From sequence record DRR723986_618: a DNA stretch of 20,000 nucleotides. One strand, written 5' to 3'. Below the pieces are notes generated by a model that saw only the letters and a list, made by a program, of their open reading frames with translations, made no database searches and was not told the DNA's origin. The translations under genes were made by a program, and so were the position numbers. Positions 16,281 through 20,000 of the stretch are shown piece by piece. Positions within the stretch are counted from its first letter, which is position 1. Each line of letters begins with the position of its first letter.

Positions 16281-18287
16281 GTGAGCAAACTCAACGATCG
16301 ACAACGCGAGGCGGTTCTGTACATCGACGGCCCGCTGCTGGTATTAGCCGGTGCAGGCAGCGGCAAGACCAGTGTTATCACGCGCAAGATGGCCTATTTG
16401 ATCGAAAAATGCGGCATTCCCGCCCGGCATATCGCGGCGGTTACCTTCACCAACAAAGCGGCCCGCGAAATGAAGGAACGAGTGGGCACACTCGTCAAAG
16501 GCAAAGCCGCTCACGGCCTCACCGTGTCGACCTTCCACAACCTCGGCATGAATATCCTGCGCCGTGAATACGCCGCACTGAAATACAAATCGGGCTTCTC
16601 AATTTTTGATGCGCAAGATGCCCAGGCCCTGATTCGCGACCTACTTATTCAAGAACACGGCAGTGACGGCGATCAAGCAGACCGTATCCAGCAACGTATT
16701 TCCCATTGGAAAAACGAGTTCGTTATGCCCGAGCAGGCCGTCGCTGAGGCGGAAGGCCCCGCTGACATGCTCTGCGCCCAGGCTTACATTCGCTACCAAA
16801 AAGCGTTGAAAGCCTATAACGCCCTGGACTTCGACGATCTGATCCTGTTGCCAGCGCTGCTGTTTGAGCAGCACCCCGACATCCTCGACAAGTGGCGCAA
16901 TAAAATTCGCTACATGCTGGTCGATGAATATCAGGATACCAATAGCGCGCAATATACGCTGGTGAAGCAATTGGTCGGCGACCGGGGCGGCCTCACCGTG
17001 GTGGGGGATGACGACCAGTCCATTTACGCCTGGCGCGGCGCAAAACCGGAAAACCTGTCACTACTAGGCAAGGACTACCCTCACCTGAAGGTCGTCAAGC
17101 TCGAGCAAAACTACCGTTCTACCGCGCGCATTCTTAAAGCGGCCAATACCGTTATCGCCAACAATCCCCACGAGCTGAACAAGGCACTGTGGTCCGACCT
17201 GGGCTTTGGCGACCCCATCCGCATTATTCGCTGCCGCAATGAAGATGCCGAAAACGAGCGGGTGGCAGTCGAGATTCTCGACCACAAGATTCGCACCGGC
17301 GGTCGCTTTGGTAATTACGCCGTGCTGTATCGCGGCAACCACCAGTCACGCCTGCTGGAACTCAAACTACAAAGCCACCAAATACCTTACAAGCTGAGCG
17401 GCGGTACCTCCTTCTTTGGTCGCAACGAGATCAAGGACATCATGGCCTATCTGCGGCTTATCATTAACCAGAATGATGACAACGCCTTTCTGCGCATCGT
17501 CAACGTGCCGCGCCGCAAAATTGGTACCTCAACACTCGAAGCCCTGGGGAGCTACGCCACCGAGCGGGAAATTAGCCTATACAGCGCCTGCGAGGAAATG
17601 GGCTTGGCTCAACGACTGCCGGAATCGGCCATCACCCGCCTGCGTGAGTTCACTCAATGGCTGGACGGGATGCGGCGGCGCTGCTACGAAGATGACGCCA
17701 TCGCAGCCGTTAAACAGCTCTGCAACGATATCGACTATCTGGACTGGCTGATACAAAACAGCTCATCGGTCGCCGTCGCCGAACGACGCATGAACAATGT
17801 GCACACCCTTATTGCCTCGCTGGAGCAAAACCTCAACGACGAGGAACGCGACGAGAGCTTTGAGGAAGCGATCAGCCGACTGGTGCTCCGCGATTTAATG
17901 GAGCGCCAGGCCGACGAGGAAGAAAGTGCCGACCAAGTGCAGCTGATGACACTGCACGCTGCAAAAGGCTTGGAGTTTCCCCACGTGTTTATGATCGGCA
18001 TGGAGGAAGGGCTACTACCTCACCAAAACAGTATCGACGATGACATGGTGGAAGAGGAGCGACGGCTCTGCTACGTCGGTATCACTCGCGCCCAGCGCAC
18101 GCTGACGATGACCTACTGCGCCAAGCGCAAAAGCTTCGGTGAATTTACCAGCTGTGACCCCAGCCGCTTTTTAGCTGAGCTGCCGCAGGATGATGTCGAG
18201 TGGGAAGGTCGCGCCGATGCCGACCCGGCGCAAAATCAAAAACGCGGCGGTGAAACCTTGGCCAGCCTGCGCGACATGCTTGGCTGA
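16281..18287 (+). CDS. rep: ATP-dependent DNA helicase Rep
   Basis: 668 aa with LVLAGAGSGKT, AVTFTNKAAREMKERV, VDEYQDTN, VGDDDQSIYAWRGA, LEQNYRS, LYRGNHQSR, LMTLHAAKGLEF and YVGITRAQ. Rep-specific signatures, no UvrD C-terminal Tudor tail. Confidence 0.96.
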   Translation: MSKLNDRQREAVLYIDGPLLVLAGAGSGKTSVITRKMAYLIEKCGIPARHIAAVTFTNKAAREMKERVGTLVKGKAAHGLTVSTFHNLGMNILRREYAALKYKSGFSIFDAQDAQALIRDLLIQEHGSDGDQADRIQQRISHWKNEFVMPEQAVAEAEGPADMLCAQAYIRYQKALKAYNALDFDDLILLPALLFEQHPDILDKWRNKIRYMLVDEYQDTNSAQYTLVKQLVGDRGGLTVVGDDDQSIYAWRGAKPENLSLLGKDYPHLKVVKLEQNYRSTARILKAANTVIANNPHELNKALWSDLGFGDPIRIIRCRNEDAENERVAVEILDHKIRTGGRFGNYAVLYRGNHQSRLLELKLQSHQIPYKLSGGTSFFGRNEIKDIMAYLRLIINQNDDNAFLRIVNVPRRKIGTSTLEALGSYATEREISLYSACEEMGLAQRLPESAITRLREFTQWLDGMRRRCYEDDAIAAVKQLCNDIDYLDWLIQNSSSVAVAERRMNNVHTLIASLEQNLNDEERDESFEEAISRLVLRDLMERQADEEESADQVQLMTLHAAKGLEFPHVFMIGMEEGLLPHQNSIDDDMVEEERRLCYVGITRAQRTLTMTYCAKRKSFGEFTSCDPSRFLAELPQDDVEWEGRADADPAQNQKRGGETLASLRDMLG

Positions 18288-18288
18288 G

Positions 18289-19188
18289 TTAGAGATCACC
18301 GCCGGGGCGAAAGTCTGACCAGGTAATCAAGCTCAACCCCTTGTCGACAAAGCCGTTGTCCTTGGCATAGCGCAACGCCCGATCAAGATTAACAACGCCG
18401 TTTCTCAGCGGATCGAGTCGCACCCCAACAGAAAGCACACTGGTGGCTGCCAGCGCTCGGCCCTGACTGTCTAATACCGGCCCGCCACTGTCTCCCGGCA
18501 CCGCAGGCGTATCGGTAGATACGCTGTAAGACCAGCCGCCACCCTCAACCGCAACAATACTCCCCACCATCGTTTCTAACTCCCGAACACCAAAGTGCAG
18601 CGACGAATGGCCGTAGAGAAAAATATCCTCTCCCACGTCAGCGGTGCCAGTAGCCAGCGCAACGGGGCCACCAAAAGCGACGGTGGCAGGATGAATATTC
18701 GCAATATCATCGGGGTGCAGTTTTACCAGGGCAAAGTCGTTGTAGCGGCACGCATCTGAACCGGGGGTTTCACCCACCTCTTGCATCGCCCGCCAGCTGC
18801 TATATACCAGCTCCGCTGGCTGCTGAGCATTTTCGACTATCACCTGATTAAAGCCGATATCCAAGCTGCGGCTCTCACAAGGGTCAACCCCGCTGTTGGT
18901 GTCGGGACTAAAGCAATGCGCAGCCACCCCAAGAAACACCGTTTCGGCGTTGAGCTGGTAAAGAAAATTACTCGTGCAGCTGGAGCCGTCGGCAACAACC
19001 TCAACACCGGGACGTATCTGAGTCGCCAGCGGCTCGCCAAAGCTCACGGCTCCACCGCCACTCACCGGCGGCTGACTGCCCCCTGTTGGGGCCTCCGGTG
19101 AACTCGGCGTATTACCGCCGCTCGAGGAGGAGCCACCACAGGCGGCTATCAAGCAGCCTGCCGTTATCAGAATGAGTACCTTGTTCAT
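18289..19188 (-). CDS. Trypsin-like (S1/PA clan) serine protease lipoprotein
   Basis: MNKVLILITAGCLIAA-C lipobox, G/S/P linker, catalytic His (AAHC), Asp (NDFAL) and Ser (GDSGG). Start at ATG 19188 or GTG 19191 rather than 19263. Confidence 0.85.
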   Translation of the reverse strand: MNKVLILITAGCLIAACGGSSSSGGNTPSSPEAPTGGSQPPVSGGGAVSFGEPLATQIRPGVEVVADGSSCTSNFLYQLNAETVFLGVAAHCFSPDTNSGVDPCESRSLDIGFNQVIVENAQQPAELVYSSWRAMQEVGETPGSDACRYNDFALVKLHPDDIANIHPATVAFGGPVALATGTADVGEDIFLYGHSSLHFGVRELETMVGSIVAVEGGGWSYSVSTDTPAVPGDSGGPVLDSQGRALAATSVLSVGVRLDPLRNGVVNLDRALRYAKDNGFVDKGLSLITWSDFRPGGDL

Positions 19189-19297
19189 CACGTTTCGCCT
19201 GCCTCGCTCGCTAGTTACTGCATAATGTACGCAGCTATTACTCAAAACTCTACGAAATGTCACAGTATGCAGATGCCGCCAGTACCTTTTTCAACGC

Positions 19298-19324
19298 AAA
19301 AAAAAGCCGCGACTAGCGCGGCTT
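19298..19324 (-). terminator. Rho-independent terminator after cytochrome c5
   Basis: Minus strand AAGCCGCG-CTAGT-CGCGGC followed by T8. Confidence 0.88.
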
Positions 19325-19342
19325 CGGCAGACTGAATAGCAA

Positions 19343-19771
19343 TTACTTGCTGTTCTCAATCATGTAGTCGACGGCGGCAATCACCTCGTCGTCTGAGCAG
19401 CTCATGCACAGGCCTTTCGCCGGCATCATGCCAATATTGCTGAAACCGTTAATAGCATTAGCATAGACGGCGTCCAAACCTTTTTCCGTGCGCGCCGCCC
19501 AGTCAGCAACGTCACCCAACTTTGGTGCACCGCCCGCGCCAACCGCATGACAGCCCTGACAGCTGCTGGTATACACTTCTTCGCCTGATTTCGCCGCGCC
19601 GCCCGCAGCCGCCACGGTGGCGCCACAGCTGCTGTCGCCGTGCAAGCAAACTTGGCCAGCTGGCGCGATGCGAGACTCAACCTCTGCACGCTGCTTATCA
19701 GTCATTGCCCATGCTGAAACACCGGCCAGCAACGCAACGACCACTACCAGCATTTTACCCATCTGATTCAT
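19343..19771 (-). CDS. Cytochrome c5 family protein
   Basis: Signal peptide ending AWA, RIAPAGQVC motif, haem site CQGCH, GAPKLGD..W, axial Met in MMPAKG and the c5 disulfide CMSC. Start could be 19774, 19771 or 19762. Confidence 0.93.
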   Translation of the reverse strand: MNQMGKMLVVVVALLAGVSAWAMTDKQRAEVESRIAPAGQVCLHGDSSCGATVAAAGGAAKSGEEVYTSSCQGCHAVGAGGAPKLGDVADWAARTEKGLDAVYANAINGFSNIGMMPAKGLCMSCSDDEVIAAVDYMIENSK

Positions 19772-19927
19772 CACGATTTTCCACCCTCTCGAAATTGCGG
19801 CTGCTCAGCCTAAAAATTCTGCTGCGCATTATATCCACATGCTGCCTATTACTCCACTGACCAAAATGCCGCAGCCCAAGACCCGCGCAGAACCGGTGGC
19901 AAGGTGTGAATCTGCCGAAATTCCAAA

Positions 19928-19956
19928 TTGAGAGTCCCACCTTGCTCTGCTATAGT
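19928..19956 (+). promoter_or_regulatory. sigma70 stable-RNA promoter with GC-rich discriminator
   Basis: TTGAGA, 17 nt spacer, TATAGT, followed by TGCGCGC, 14 nt upstream of the tRNA. Confidence 0.75.
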
Positions 19957-19970
19957 TGCGCGCTGCTAAA

Positions 19971-20000
19971 CCGCCCGTAGCTCAGCTGGATAGAGCGTCG
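19971..20000 (+). tRNA. 5' part of tRNA-Arg (anticodon outside the window, probably CCG)
   Basis: CCGCCCG-TA-GCTC-AGCTGGATA-GAGC-G-TCG gives the acceptor 5' strand and D-arm with the Arg A20 identity element. Nearly identical to argX-type GCGCCCGTAGCTCAGCTGGATAGAGCG. Confidence 0.85.

Noticed and set aside
19775-19945. Riboswitch (for example c-di-GMP-I) or small ORF 19755-19940 upstream of cytochrome c5
   Set aside because: No recognisable aptamer motifs. The ORF spans promoter elements and has no protein-like features.
19971-20000. tRNA as an integration site for a genomic island
   Set aside because: The tRNA 3' end lies outside the window, so an att duplication cannot be assessed, and no integrase is adjacent.

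Overview
Core-chromosome segment of a gammaproteobacterium, probably a marine Cellvibrionales/Spongiibacter-like or Pseudomonadales-related lineage (inferred from gene order and protein style). It starts with the end of a RimB-like protease, rimK and an M14 succinylglutamate desuccinylase/aspartoacylase gene, followed by a convergent alpha/beta hydrolase. The backbone is xerC-HAD hydrolase, a small SutA-like protein, a nitrogen locus (TorF-type porin-glnK-amtB-second PII) with sigma54 promoters and an NtrC-type site, ubiK-yifB/comM, rep, cytochrome c5 and the 5' end of a tRNA-Arg. This order resembles the P. aeruginosa xerC-sutA-amtB-glnK-ubiK-yifB-rep-cycB region. Accessory genes in the backbone are a REC-REC-GGEEF diguanylate cyclase, a trypsin-like lipoprotein protease, and an AraC regulator divergent from a four-gene operon (DAD-family cupin dioxygenase, extended SDR, KDSR-like SDR, epoxide-hydrolase-like enzyme) with a tandem direct-repeat operator. 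That operon is the best candidate for an undescribed system. No transposase, prophage or CRISPR array was seen.
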